A stretch of DNA of 64,000 nucleotides, taken from contig OZ241907.1 in NCBI GenBank assembly GCA_965203515.1, positions 1,056,001 to 1,120,000 on the forward strand. Direction: 5' to 3'. The notes beneath the pieces are model-generated. The model worked only from the letters and a program-made list of their open reading frames with translations, did no database searches and was not told the DNA's origin. Positions 1 to 9,438 of the stretch are shown here, in pieces (the first letter of the stretch is position 1; every line of letters starts with the position of its first letter). This DNA comes from Spirochaetia bacterium (GTDB taxonomy: Bacteria > Spirochaetota > Spirochaetia > SZUA-6 > Bin103). A program made the position numbers and the translations under genes.

Positions 1-1019
1 GGCGCGCCCGGAGCGCGATAGGCGCCGGCGGCGTGCACGTTCGTGCGGACGTCGCGCCACCGGATGGAGAGGTGCGGCAGCCGGTAGCAGCCGGCCAGCC
101 GGTTGGCGATGCCGGCTCCCATGCCGGCCGGGAAGGCGCCGTTGTCGAGGGTCAGCTCCGCGCGCAGCGCGGTGAACTGACCGCGGCGGTCGGCGCCCAG
201 CTGCAGCTCGATCGCCATCGCCGGCGACGGCGTAGTGACCGCCAGATCGGTCGAGCGGTCGAGCACCAGCTTGACCGGCCGCTGCAGCCGCAGCGCCGCG
301 GCGGCGGCCAACGGATCGATCAACCCGCCCTTGCCGCCGAAGCCGCCGCCCACGGTCATCGGTACGATGCGGACCGCGGCGGCCGGCAGTTCCAGGATGG
401 AGGCGAGCCGCGCGCGCACGTCGAACTGTCCCTGGCATCCGGAATAGACGGTCACCCCGCCGCCGGCCGGGTCGGGGGCGGCGACCGCCGCGCACGGCTC
501 CAGGTACCCCTGGTGCACGAACGGCGTGCGGCAGGTCCGCTCGACCACGTGGTCGGAGGCGCGGAGCGCCGCGCGAGCGTCGCCGCGGCGGTACTCGCCG
601 GCGGCCGCCGGCGCCCCGTCCGCGCATCCGACCGCAGGCGGCAGCGGGTCGTAGTCGATCTCCACGAGCGCGGCGCCGTCGGCGGCGGCAGCGGGCGACT
701 CGGCGACCACCAGGGCGACCGGCTGGCCGCAGAACGTGACGGCGCCGCGCGCCAGCACCGCCTCCTGCCGGGTCGCCGGCGGCGCAGCCGTCACCGGCAG
801 ATCGACGGCGGTGAACACGGCCACCACGCCGGGGACCGCGCGCGCCGCCTCGACGCGCACGGCGCGCAGGCGGGCGTGCGCCGCGGCGCTCAACACCGGC
901 TGCGCGTGCAGCATGCCGGCGAGCTGCACGTCGGCGGCGTAGCGGGCGGCGCCGCGCGCCTTGGCCCGCCCGTCGATTGCGGGCCGCCGACGGCCGAGAT
1001 AGCGATAGGGAGCGCTCAT
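1..1019 (-). CDS. Xanthine dehydrogenase/CoxL-family molybdopterin-binding subunit, N-terminal part (runs off the window)
   Basis: Manual translation from ATG 1019: MSAPYRYLGRRRPAIDGRAKARGAARYAADVQLAGMLHA...; contains VHQGYLEP. Absent from the ORF track because its stop lies outside the window. Confidence 0.88.
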   Translation of the reverse strand, partial: MSAPYRYLGRRRPAIDGRAKARGAARYAADVQLAGMLHAQPVLSAAAHARLRAVRVEAARAVPGVVAVFTAVDLPVTAAPPATRQEAVLARGAVTFCGQPVALVVAESPAAAADGAALVEIDYDPLPPAVGCADGAPAAAGEYRRGDARAALRASDHVVERTCRTPFVHQGYLEPCAAVAAPDPAGGGVTVYSGCQGQFDVRARLASILELPAAAVRIVPMTVGGGFGGKGGLIDPLAAAAALRLQRPVKLVLDRSTDLAVTTPSPAMAIELQLGADRRGQFTALRAELTLDNGAFPAGMGAGIANRLAGCYRLPHLSIRWRDVRTNVHAAGAYRAPGA

Positions 1020-1050
1020 CGGGAACGCTGCAGAGGGTATACTCGACGCC

Positions 1051-2142
1051 ATGAGTACCCAAGCGCGCTTCCGCGCCGGCGCGATCGGCCATACCGGACG
1101 CGGCAACTTCGGGCACGGCCTGCACCTCGGCCTGGTGGGCGTCAGCGGCGTGCAGCCGGTGGCGGTGGCCGACCCGGATCCGGGCGGACGGGCCGCCGCG
1201 CAGCGGGACATCGGCGCCGCCAACGCCTACGCCGACTACCGGGAGATGCTGGCGAACGAGTCGCTCGACATCGTCGCCGTCTGCCCGCGCTACGTCGACC
1301 GGCACGAGGAGTTGCTCATGGCCGCCATCGACGCGGGGTGCCACGTCTACTGCGAAAAGCCGATGACCGCCGACCTGGCGACCGCCGACCGGGTGATCGA
1401 CGCCGCCGGCGCCAAGCGGCTCAAGATCGCCGTCGCCCATCAGAACGTCTACCTGCCGCAGCTGCAGGAGTTGCGCCGGCGGGTGGCGGACGGCCTGATC
1501 GGCACGCTGCAGGAGCTGCGCGGCACCGGCAAGCAGGACCGGCGCGGCGGCGGCGAGGACATGCTGGTGCTGGGCACCCACCTGTTCAACACGATGCGCT
1601 ACTTCGCCGGCGACGTCGCCTGGATCAACGGCCACGTCACCGTCGCCGGCCGCGAGATCGGCCCCGGCGACGCGCGCGAAGCGTCCGAGCCGATCGGCCT
1701 GATCGCCGGCGATGCGGTCACCGGCTACTACCGCTTCGCCGGCGGAGCGGTCGGCAGCTACACGTCGCGCGCGAACCAGCCGGGCGAAGGCCGCGGTTTC
1801 AGCCTGCAGCTGATCGGCGACCGCGGCAGCGTGGCGATGCGCGGCGCCGGCAACGACTTCGTGATCGCCCGCCACGACCACTGGGCGCCGTGGGACGGCA
1901 TCGACGGCTGGGACCCGCTCGACCTGGGCGCCTTCGAGCTTCACGAAGACGGCAATCGGCTGGCGGTCGAGGACCTGATCGCCGCCATCGATGAGGACCG
2001 CGAGCCGCTCTCCAGCGCGCGCGCGGCGCGCGCGGCGCTGGAGATGATCCACGGCGTGTACGCATCGCAGCTCGCCGGCGGGCGCGTGGCCGTGCCGCTG
2101 GGCGACCGCGGTCATCCGCTCGCGCGGCTGCGGGCCTGCTAG
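1051..2142 (+). CDS. Gfo/Idh/MocA family oxidoreductase
   Basis: N-terminal Rossmann-like segment, HVYCEKP motif, GTHLFN motif. Confidence 0.9.
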   Translation: MSTQARFRAGAIGHTGRGNFGHGLHLGLVGVSGVQPVAVADPDPGGRAAAQRDIGAANAYADYREMLANESLDIVAVCPRYVDRHEELLMAAIDAGCHVYCEKPMTADLATADRVIDAAGAKRLKIAVAHQNVYLPQLQELRRRVADGLIGTLQELRGTGKQDRRGGGEDMLVLGTHLFNTMRYFAGDVAWINGHVTVAGREIGPGDAREASEPIGLIAGDAVTGYYRFAGGAVGSYTSRANQPGEGRGFSLQLIGDRGSVAMRGAGNDFVIARHDHWAPWDGIDGWDPLDLGAFELHEDGNRLAVEDLIAAIDEDREPLSSARAARAALEMIHGVYASQLAGGRVAVPLGDRGHPLARLRAC

Positions 2143-3398
2143 CTTGGGGAGCTGGCCGGATGCGGACCGGCTGGCGGACCGGTCGGGCCGCCGAAGGCGC
2201 CGGCCGCGGCCAGATCGGCGATGCGTTCCGGCGAGTAGGCGAGCAGCTCGCGCAGGATGCCGTCGCGGTGCTCGCCGAGCGCGGGAGCGCCGGGACGGCG
2301 CGGCGGATCGTCGACGCCGGATATCTTGATCGGCGTGCCGGTCACGCGGAATCCGCCGGCGCCGGCCGCCTCCACGAGCATGTTGCGGGCCGCCACCTGC
2401 GGGTCGGCGGCCACGTCGGCGACGCCGGCCACCGGCGAGGCCGGCACGCCGGCCGCCTCCAGCGCCCTGAGCCAGCCGGCCGCGCCGCGCCGCGCCAGCG
2501 CCGCCTCCAGCGCCGCCTTCAGCGCGTCCCGGTGCTCGGTGCGCTCCGCGTTGCCGGCGAACCGCGGGTCGGACGCCAGCTCCGGCGCGCCCAGCACGTC
2601 GCAGAGGCGCCGGAACAGCCGATCGTTGCCGGCCGCGATCACGATCCGACCGTCGGCGGTGCGGAAGGTCTCGAACGGCGTGATCGACGGGTGGCGCGAG
2701 CCGAGCGGCGCCGGCTCGATCCCCGTCGCCTGGTACCGGGCCAGGGCGTTCTCCAGGATCGACACCACGCTGTCGAGCATGGCGATGTCGACGCGGGCGC
2801 CGCGGCCGCCCGCGCCGCCGCCGCGCTCGCGCCGCAGCAGCCCCGCCAGCACGCCGATCACCCCGTACAGGCCGCTGACGAGGTCGGCGACCGAGGTGCC
2901 GGCGCGCACCGTTTCACCCGACTCCGTGCCGGTGATCGACAGCAGTCCGGAGCGCGCCTGGATGATCATGTCGTAGGCCGGCTTGCCGGCGTCCGGGCCG
3001 GTGTATCCAAAACCGGACGACGTGACATATATGAGCCGGTCATTCAGGGCGCGAATCCGCTCCTCATCGAACCCCAGCCGCGCCAGCACCCCGGGACGGA
3101 AGCTCTCGATCAGGACGTCGGCCGAACGGAGCAGGTCGGCGAACACCTCCCGCCCCGCCTCCGTCTTGAGGTCGAGCGCGATCGAACGCTTGCCGCAGTT
3201 GAGGCTGACGAAGTAGCTGGAAGCGCCGTCCGGCAGGAACGGGCCGAAGCTGCGTGCGTCGTCCCCCTGCGGCGGCTCGATCTTGACGATCTGCGCCCCC
3301 AGGTCGCGCAGCACCATGGTGGCGAACGGCCCGGCCAGCACCCGCGTCAGATCGGCGACGACGATCCCGGCCAGCGGCCGCCGGTCGGGCGATCTCAA
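2139..3398 (-). CDS. CaiB/BaiF family (class III) CoA-transferase
   Basis: DLTRVLAGPFAT..LRDLGA, GKRSIALDLK, GFGYTGP, AYDMIIQA motifs; probable TTG start overlapping the upstream TGA (ORF track extends to 3461). Confidence 0.9.
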   Translation of the reverse strand: MRSPDRRPLAGIVVADLTRVLAGPFATMVLRDLGAQIVKIEPPQGDDARSFGPFLPDGASSYFVSLNCGKRSIALDLKTEAGREVFADLLRSADVLIESFRPGVLARLGFDEERIRALNDRLIYVTSSGFGYTGPDAGKPAYDMIIQARSGLLSITGTESGETVRAGTSVADLVSGLYGVIGVLAGLLRRERGGGAGGRGARVDIAMLDSVVSILENALARYQATGIEPAPLGSRHPSITPFETFRTADGRIVIAAGNDRLFRRLCDVLGAPELASDPRFAGNAERTEHRDALKAALEAALARRGAAGWLRALEAAGVPASPVAGVADVAADPQVAARNMLVEAAGAGGFRVTGTPIKISGVDDPPRRPGAPALGEHRDGILRELLAYSPERIADLAAAGAFGGPTGPPAGPHPASSPS

Positions 3399-4222
3399 GC
3401 CAGACTCGCCGAGCACCGCCGGCAGAACTTGGCGTCGGGGTCGCTCTCCGCGGTGCCGCACGCCGGGCAGAGCCGCTTCTGGTTGCGGCTCAGCGCCAGC
3501 GAGATCTCCATGCTGACCAATCCGGTCGGCACCGCTATCAGACCGTACCCCATGATCATGATGAGGGCCGCCAGCGTCTGGCCGAGCGGGGTCTGCGGCG
3601 AGATGTCCCCGTAGCCGACGGTGGTCAACGTGACGATCGCCCAGTAGACGGAGATCGGGATGCTGACGAATCCGCTCTCATCCCCTTCGATCAGATAGAT
3701 CACCGACCCCACCACCACCACGATCGACAGCACCGCGAACAGGAAGACCGCGATCTTGCGGCCGCTGGCCTTGAGCGCGGCCACGATCAACTCGCCCTCG
3801 GCCACGTACTTGACCAGCTTGAGCACGCGGAACACGCGGAGCACGCGGAGCACGCGGACCACCAGCAGATAGTGGCCGCCCGGCAGCAGGATGCTCAGGT
3901 AGGTCGGCGCCAGCGCCAGCAGGTCGATGACGCCGAAGAAGCTGCGCGCATAGCGGAACCTGCGGGGAGCGGCGTAGAGGCGCAGCGCGTACTCGACGGA
4001 GAACAGGATGGTGAACGCCCATTCGGCCGCCGACAGCTCGTCGCCGACGGCGCGGCGTACCCGGGGCACGCTGTCCAGCATCACGGCCACGACGCTGCCG
4101 ACGATCGCCAGGATGAGCAGGATGTCGAACCCTTTGCCGGCCGGCGTGTCCGCCTCGAAGATGACGCGGTAGATGCGCTCCTGGAGCCGGCTCCGCCGCC
4201 GCCCGGCGGTCATCTCGGCCAT
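3395..4222 (-). CDS. Voltage-gated potassium channel / ion transporter
   Basis: TTVGYGD selectivity filter, Arg-rich S4 (RVLRVLRVFRVLK), C-terminal CxxC..CxxC. Confidence 0.92.
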   Translation of the reverse strand: MAEMTAGRRRSRLQERIYRVIFEADTPAGKGFDILLILAIVGSVVAVMLDSVPRVRRAVGDELSAAEWAFTILFSVEYALRLYAAPRRFRYARSFFGVIDLLALAPTYLSILLPGGHYLLVVRVLRVLRVFRVLKLVKYVAEGELIVAALKASGRKIAVFLFAVLSIVVVVGSVIYLIEGDESGFVSIPISVYWAIVTLTTVGYGDISPQTPLGQTLAALIMIMGYGLIAVPTGLVSMEISLALSRNQKRLCPACGTAESDPDAKFCRRCSASLA

Positions 4223-4235
4223 CGGGTCAACCCTA

Positions 4236-5276
4236 TCACGCCCCGGCGGCGGCGCGTGGCCGGCGCTTGGCTTCGATCACCTGCGCCATGATCGCCAGCG
4301 CGATCTCGGCCGGCGAGGCGGCGCCGATCGCCAGCCCGACCGGGCTGCGGACGCGATCGATCGCCGCCGGCTCGAACCCGGCCTCCCGCAGGCGCCGGCG
4401 GCGCGCGGCGTGCGTGCGGGAGCTGCCGAGCGCGCCGACGTAGGCCGCGCGGCTCGGCAGCAGGTGCCGCAGGGCCGCGTCGTCGATCTTGGGGTCATGG
4501 GTGAGCAGCACCGCGTAGGTGTTCCGGGTAACCGGGCGCCGGCGGAGCACGCGATCGGGCCACTCGGCCAGCAGCTCGTCCGGCGCCGCCGTGAACCGCT
4601 CGCGCGCGGCGAACACTCGCCGCGGGTCGATCACCACCGTTCGGAAGCCGACCTCGCGGGCGAAGCCGATCAGGTGCACGGCGACGTGGCCCGCCCCCAC
4701 GATCAACAGCTCGTCGGGCCGCGGCAACAGGTGGGCGAAGGTCTCCTCGCCGGAGATCGCGAGCAGCGCGCTCTCCGGCGCGGCGGCGGCGAACTCGCAG
4801 GCGGCCACCACGGCGTCCGGCCCGGCGCCGCCGTCGGCGGCCCGCACGCGGCGCTCGTCGACGTCGATCAGGGCGTGCGCCGCGCCGCCGGCGCGCAGCC
4901 AGGTGAGCAGCACCGCCGGCCGCTGCCGCTCCAGGCCGTCGAGGATCGCTTCCCACAGGTCCCGGCCCGGCTCGTCCAGGTAGACCGACAGCCGGCCCCC
5001 GCACGACAACCCGACCGACCACGCGCGCTCGTCGTCGATGCCGTACTCCAGCCGGCCGGGGCCGCGTTCGCCGGCCAGCAGGCGCGTCGCCTCCTCGATC
5101 ACCGCCGCCTCGATGCAGCCGCCGCTCAGCGATCCGGCTACCTGCAGGTCCCCGGTGACCGCCATCGCCCCGCCGGGGCGGCGGGGCGCCGAGCCCCAGG
5201 CGGCCACCACGCGCGCCAGCGCGAACCGCGTGCCGGCACCGTGCCAGCGGCGCACCGCCGCCTCGATGTCGCGCAT
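4236..5276 (-). CDS. XdhC/CoxF/CoxI molybdenum cofactor maturation protein
   Basis: GSAPR, GSLSGGCIE, GLSCGG, YVGALGS, SPVGLAIGAASPAEIA motifs. Confidence 0.92.
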   Translation of the reverse strand: MRDIEAAVRRWHGAGTRFALARVVAAWGSAPRRPGGAMAVTGDLQVAGSLSGGCIEAAVIEEATRLLAGERGPGRLEYGIDDERAWSVGLSCGGRLSVYLDEPGRDLWEAILDGLERQRPAVLLTWLRAGGAAHALIDVDERRVRAADGGAGPDAVVAACEFAAAAPESALLAISGEETFAHLLPRPDELLIVGAGHVAVHLIGFAREVGFRTVVIDPRRVFAARERFTAAPDELLAEWPDRVLRRRPVTRNTYAVLLTHDPKIDDAALRHLLPSRAAYVGALGSSRTHAARRRRLREAGFEPAAIDRVRSPVGLAIGAASPAEIALAIMAQVIEAKRRPRAAAGA

Positions 5277-5342
5277 CTGCGCGTCAGACTACCGGACCGG
5301 GGGCCGTTTCGTCCCGTCCGGGGTTTTGCCGTCCCGCCCGAG

Positions 5343-5372
5343 TTGACAGCGGCGCGCGCGCGCCCCTACGGT
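5343..5372 (+). promoter_or_regulatory. Candidate sigma70 promoter for the coxG operon
   Basis: TTGACA-18 nt-TACGGT upstream of coxG. Confidence 0.4.
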
Positions 5373-5428
5373 CACGCAGGCTCACCGACGGCGCGGCGGC
5401 GCGGGCGGCGGCCCACCCTGATCCAGCG

Positions 5429-5929
5429 ATGCGATTGACCGGCGAATTCTCGTTCGAGGCGGCTCCCGAGGCGGTGTGGACGGCGCTCATGGACCCGGAC
5501 GTGCTGCGCTCGGCGCTGCCCGGCACCGATCGGATCGACCGGATCGACGACACCCACTTCGACGCGTCGTGGCGGGTCAGGCTCGGCCCGATCCGCGGCT
5601 CCTTCACGGGCGCCATCGTCCTCTCCGACGTCCAGCCGCCGGTCAGCTACCACATGAGCGCGTCCGGCCGCGGACCGATCGGCGTGGTCACCGGCGAGTC
5701 GGATTTCCGGCTGCGCGCCGAGGGCGGCGCCACCGTACTCGACTACGACCTGGAAGTGCGCGTCAGCGGGCGGCTGGCCGCCATCGGCCAGCGGCTGGTG
5801 GAGAGCTCGATGCGCTCGCTGGTGCGGGACGCGCTGCAGGGGCTGGCGGAGCAGATCCGCGCGCGCGTGGCCGGTGCCGGGAACGGCATCGGCGGCGGGA
5901 ACGACGCGGGCGGCGGGAGCGGCGCGTGA
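5429..5929 (+). CDS. coxG: CoxG/SRPBCC family protein
   Basis: [17 protein letters not shown] and [13 protein letters not shown] typical of CoxG; cox context. Confidence 0.85.
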   Translation: MRLTGEFSFEAAPEAVWTALMDPDVLRSALPGTDRIDRIDDTHFDASWRVRLGPIRGSFTGAIVLSDVQPPVSYHMSASGRGPIGVVTGESDFRLRAEGGATVLDYDLEVRVSGRLAAIGQRLVESSMRSLVRDALQGLAEQIRARVAGAGNGIGGGNDAGGGSGA

Positions 5930-6423
5930 GCGACCAGCGCGCACCGGAACCGGTCACCGTCTCCATCACGATCAACGGCCGCCGCCAGCGGGCGCAGGTG
6001 GAGCCGCGCACGCTGCTGGTCCACTTCATCCGCGAGCAGGCGGGCCTCACCGGCACCAACATCGGCTGCGAGACCGGGCTGTGCGGGGCCTGCACGGTGA
6101 TGCTGGACGGCGCGGGCGTCCGCTCGTGCACGCAACTGGCCGCGCAGGCCGACGGCCGTTCGGTCACCACCATCGAGGGGCTGGCCGGCGACGGTGAGTT
6201 GCACCCGCTGCAACGGGCGTTCTGGGAGAAGCACGCCCTGCAGTGCGGCTACTGCACGCCGGGCATGATCCTGGCGGCGCTCGACCTGCTGCGGAAGAAC
6301 CCCGATCCGTCCGACGCGGAGGTGCGCGAAGCGCTCAAGGGCAATCTGTGCCGCTGCACCGGTTACCACAACATCGTCATCGCCGTGCGGCACGCCGCCG
6401 CGGTCATGGCGGGGGAGGCCTGA
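5926..6423 (+). CDS. coxS: (2Fe-2S)-binding small subunit, CoxS/CutS family
   Basis: [31 protein letters not shown] start overlapping the coxG stop. Confidence 0.93.
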   Translation: MSDQRAPEPVTVSITINGRRQRAQVEPRTLLVHFIREQAGLTGTNIGCETGLCGACTVMLDGAGVRSCTQLAAQADGRSVTTIEGLAGDGELHPLQRAFWEKHALQCGYCTPGMILAALDLLRKNPDPSDAEVREALKGNLCRCTGYHNIVIAVRHAAAVMAGEA

Positions 6424-6424
6424 G

Positions 6425-7312
6425 CTGTACCCCGCGCCGTTTGCCTACCGCCGCGCCGAATCGCTGGCCGACGCCGTGGAGCTGCTGGAGCGCTGCGAGG
6501 ACGCCAAGCTGCTCGCCGGCGGCCACAGCCTGTTGCCGATGATGAAGCTGCGTCTGGCGCAGCCGGCAGTGCTGGTCGACATCGGCCGTCTGCCGCTGGC
6601 CGGCATCGACGCGTCGGCCGGCGGGCTGACGGTCGGCGCCCTGACCACCCATCACCGCGTCGCCGTCGCCGCGCCGGTGGCGGACCGCTGGCGCGCGTTC
6701 GCGGAGGCGGCGGCCGGCATCGGCGACCCGATCGTGCGCAACCACGGCACCGCCGGGGGCAACGTCGCCCACGCCGACCCGGCCTCCGACCTGCCGGCCG
6801 CGCTGCTGGCGCTGGACGGCGAGATCGGCGCAGCCGGCCCGGCCGGCGCTCGGCGCATTCCGGCGGACCGGTTCTTCCGGGGGCTGCTGGCCACGGCGCT
6901 CGAGCCGACCGAAATCCTCACCGATCTGCGGCTGCCGGCGCCGCGGCCGCGCACCGGCTCCGCCTATCTCAAGTTCGAACATCCCGCGTCCGGGTTCGCG
7001 GTATGCGGCGCCGCCGCCGTGATCGAGCTGGACGATGACGGCCGGTGCCGGCGGGCGCGCCTCTGCTTCAACGGCGTCACCGAGACGCCGCTCGACGCGG
7101 CCGCGGTCGCCGCGGCGCTGGCCGGCAGCGACCCGCACGACCGCGTCATCGCTCAGGCGGTCGCCGACTGCCTGAGCGTCGAGGACCCGCTGGCCGACAC
7201 CTTCGCGTCGGGCGAGTACCGCGCGCAGCTCGCTCGCGTCTATGGCCGCCGCGCGCTGCGCGCCGCGCGCGATCGCGCTCGCGGCGGCGGCATGGCGGCG
7301 GCGGGGCCATGA
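6425..7312 (+). CDS. coxM: FAD-binding medium subunit, CoxM/CutM family
   Basis: LAGGHSLLPMMKLRLA, RNHGTAGGNVAHADPASD; family-like N-terminus (YPAPFAYRRAESL) begins at CTG 6425, first canonical start is GTG 6476. Confidence 0.9.
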   Translation: MYPAPFAYRRAESLADAVELLERCEDAKLLAGGHSLLPMMKLRLAQPAVLVDIGRLPLAGIDASAGGLTVGALTTHHRVAVAAPVADRWRAFAEAAAGIGDPIVRNHGTAGGNVAHADPASDLPAALLALDGEIGAAGPAGARRIPADRFFRGLLATALEPTEILTDLRLPAPRPRTGSAYLKFEHPASGFAVCGAAAVIELDDDGRCRRARLCFNGVTETPLDAAAVAAALAGSDPHDRVIAQAVADCLSVEDPLADTFASGEYRAQLARVYGRRALRAARDRARGGGMAAAGP

Positions 7313-8247
7313 CGGCGCCGGCGCCTGACGTGCCGGGACCTGGGCGGACGCCGCGGCTCGACAGCGTCGACGCCGTGCGGGAGGCGATGGAGCGGTGCTC
7401 CTACGTGGCCGACCGCGACCTGGCCACCTGCGTGTTCCTGGCCGTGCAGCTCGACCGGCCGCTGTTCCTGGAGGGGGAGACCGGGGTCGGCAAGACCGAG
7501 ATCGCCAAGGTGCTGGCGTCGATCCTGGATGCCGATCTGATCCGCCTGCAGTGCTACGAGGGGCTGGACGTGTCGACCGCGGTCTATGAATGGAACTACG
7601 CGCGGCAGATCCTGCGCATCCGCATGCTGGAGGCGGCCGGCGAGGCGAGCGCCGGCCGCCTCCAGCATGCCGACATCTTTACCCGCGAGTTCCTGCTGGC
7701 CCGCCCGCTGCTGCAGGCGATCGACCCGGCGGTGACGCGCCGCCGGGTGCTGCTGGTCGATGAGTTGGACCGCGCGGACGAGGAGTTCGAGGCGTTTCTG
7801 CTGGAAGCGCTCTCCGACTTCCAGGTCACGGTGCCGGAGATCGGCACCTTCAAGGCGACCGAGCCGCCGGCGGTCATCATCACCTCCAATCGCACGCGCG
7901 AGGTGCACGACGCCCTCAAGCGGCGCTGCCTGTACCACTGGATCGACTTTCCCGACCTCGACAAGGAGTTGCGCATCGTGCAGCGGCGCATCCCGGAGGC
8001 CGCCGCCGCCCTGTCGGCGCAGGTGGTGGCGTTCGTGCAGGAGCTCCGTTCCCGCGAACTCTACAAGCGGCCCGGCGTCGCCGAGACCCTGGACTGGCTG
8101 CACGCGCTGCGCGCCCTGAGCGAACGGGAACTGGCCGTCGACGTGGTGGAACGGACCCTGGGGGTGCTGCTCAAGTATCAGGACGACGTGCAGTCGGTGC
8201 GCCCGGCGGTGACCGGCCTGGTCGAGCAGGCGCGCGCGAGCGCCTGA
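7309..8247 (+). CDS. coxD: MoxR/CoxD AAA+ ATPase
   Basis: Walker A GETGVGKT, RLQCYEGLD, Walker B LLVDELDRAD, DALKRRC. Confidence 0.92.
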   Translation: MTAPAPDVPGPGRTPRLDSVDAVREAMERCSYVADRDLATCVFLAVQLDRPLFLEGETGVGKTEIAKVLASILDADLIRLQCYEGLDVSTAVYEWNYARQILRIRMLEAAGEASAGRLQHADIFTREFLLARPLLQAIDPAVTRRRVLLVDELDRADEEFEAFLLEALSDFQVTVPEIGTFKATEPPAVIITSNRTREVHDALKRRCLYHWIDFPDLDKELRIVQRRIPEAAAALSAQVVAFVQELRSRELYKRPGVAETLDWLHALRALSERELAVDVVERTLGVLLKYQDDVQSVRPAVTGLVEQARASA

Positions 8248-8265
8248 AACGCCGGAGCCGATCCG

Positions 8266-9438
8266 GTGGTCGGAGATCCGGTGGTCGGAGACCTGGTGGC
8301 CGCGCCGCATCTGCCGCGTTCGGCGCTGCTGTTCGCGCGCGTGCTGCGCGGCCTGGGCATGAGCGTCGCCACCGATGACGTGACCGCCTTCCTGCGGTCG
8401 ATGCAGGCGGTCGGCATCCGTTCGCGCGGCGACGCGCGCGCCGCCGCGCGCAGCCTGTTCACCACCAGCGTCACCCAGCGCGAGCGCTTCGACCGCGCCT
8501 TCGACCGGTTCTGGAGCCACCGGCAGCTACCCGCCTGGGAGGGACTGCCGCCCCCGGAGGTGGAGATGGAGCGGACGGCGATCGGCGCGGCGGCCGGCGC
8601 GGCCGACGGTTCGGAGGAGCCGGAACGCTCCGACCGGACGCTGACCTGGTCGGCTGCCGAGCGCCTCCGCCGCAAGGACTTCGGCGCCATGGACGACGCC
8701 GAGCTGCAACGATTGTACGATTTAGTTGACATGATGCGGGTCGAGCTGCCGGTACGGGCTGCGCGCCGCACGCGCCCTGCGCGCCGCGGCCATCTGATCG
8801 ACCTGCGCGGCTCGCTGCGCGCCGGCTTGCGGTCGGGCGGCGAGCTGACCCGGCTGCGCTGGCGGCGCCGCAAGCTCCGGCCGCGCCGCCTGATCCTGAT
8901 CTGCGATATCTCCGGCTCCATGGAGCGCTACAGCGGTGCGCTCCTGGCGTTCGTGCACGCCGCCGCGCGCGGCCTGCCGCGCGGCGAAGCGTTCGTCTTC
9001 GGCACGCGGCTGTCCCGTATCACCCGGCTTCTGACCGGCCGCCGAATCGCCGACGCGTTGCGCGCGGTAGCCGATCACGTGCTGGACTGGGGCGGCGGTA
9101 CGCGCATCGGCGAGGTGCTGCGCGACTTCAACTACCGCTGGGCGCGGCGCGTCCTGTCGGAGCGGGCGGTCGTCGTGCTGATCAGCGACGGCTGGGACCG
9201 CGGCGAGGCCGCGCTGTTGCGCGCCGAGATCGATCGGCTGCGCCGCAGCTGCGGGCAGTTGGTCTGGCTCAACCCGCTGGCCGGCTCGCCCGGCTTCGAG
9301 CCGCGCACGCGCGGCCTGCAGGCGGCCCTGCCGTTCGTCGACCTGCACCTGCCGGCGCACAACCTGGCGGCGCTGGAACGCTTCGGCGCCCTGTTGCAGT
9401 CGTTGGGGCTGCAGGCGCCGGGTGCGCGGGCGGCGTGA
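8266..9438 (+). CDS. coxE: CoxE family VWA-domain protein
   Basis: MIDAS DISGSM, WGGGTRIG, ISDGWD, WLNPL; start position uncertain. Confidence 0.9.
   Translation: MVGDPVVGDLVAAPHLPRSALLFARVLRGLGMSVATDDVTAFLRSMQAVGIRSRGDARAAARSLFTTSVTQRERFDRAFDRFWSHRQLPAWEGLPPPEVEMERTAIGAAAGAADGSEEPERSDRTLTWSAAERLRRKDFGAMDDAELQRLYDLVDMMRVELPVRAARRTRPARRGHLIDLRGSLRAGLRSGGELTRLRWRRRKLRPRRLILICDISGSMERYSGALLAFVHAAARGLPRGEAFVFGTRLSRITRLLTGRRIADALRAVADHVLDWGGGTRIGEVLRDFNYRWARRVLSERAVVVLISDGWDRGEAALLRAEIDRLRRSCGQLVWLNPLAGSPGFEPRTRGLQAALPFVDLHLPAHNLAALERFGALLQSLGLQAPGARAA

Noticed and set aside
33..1994. 653-aa ORF and other long overlapping ORFs (e.g. 29706-31934, 33145-35751, 41053-43461, 52855-55620, 57459-59612, 60796-63087)
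   Set aside because: Arg/Ala/Gly-rich shadow frames of well-supported genes, expected in high-GC DNA.
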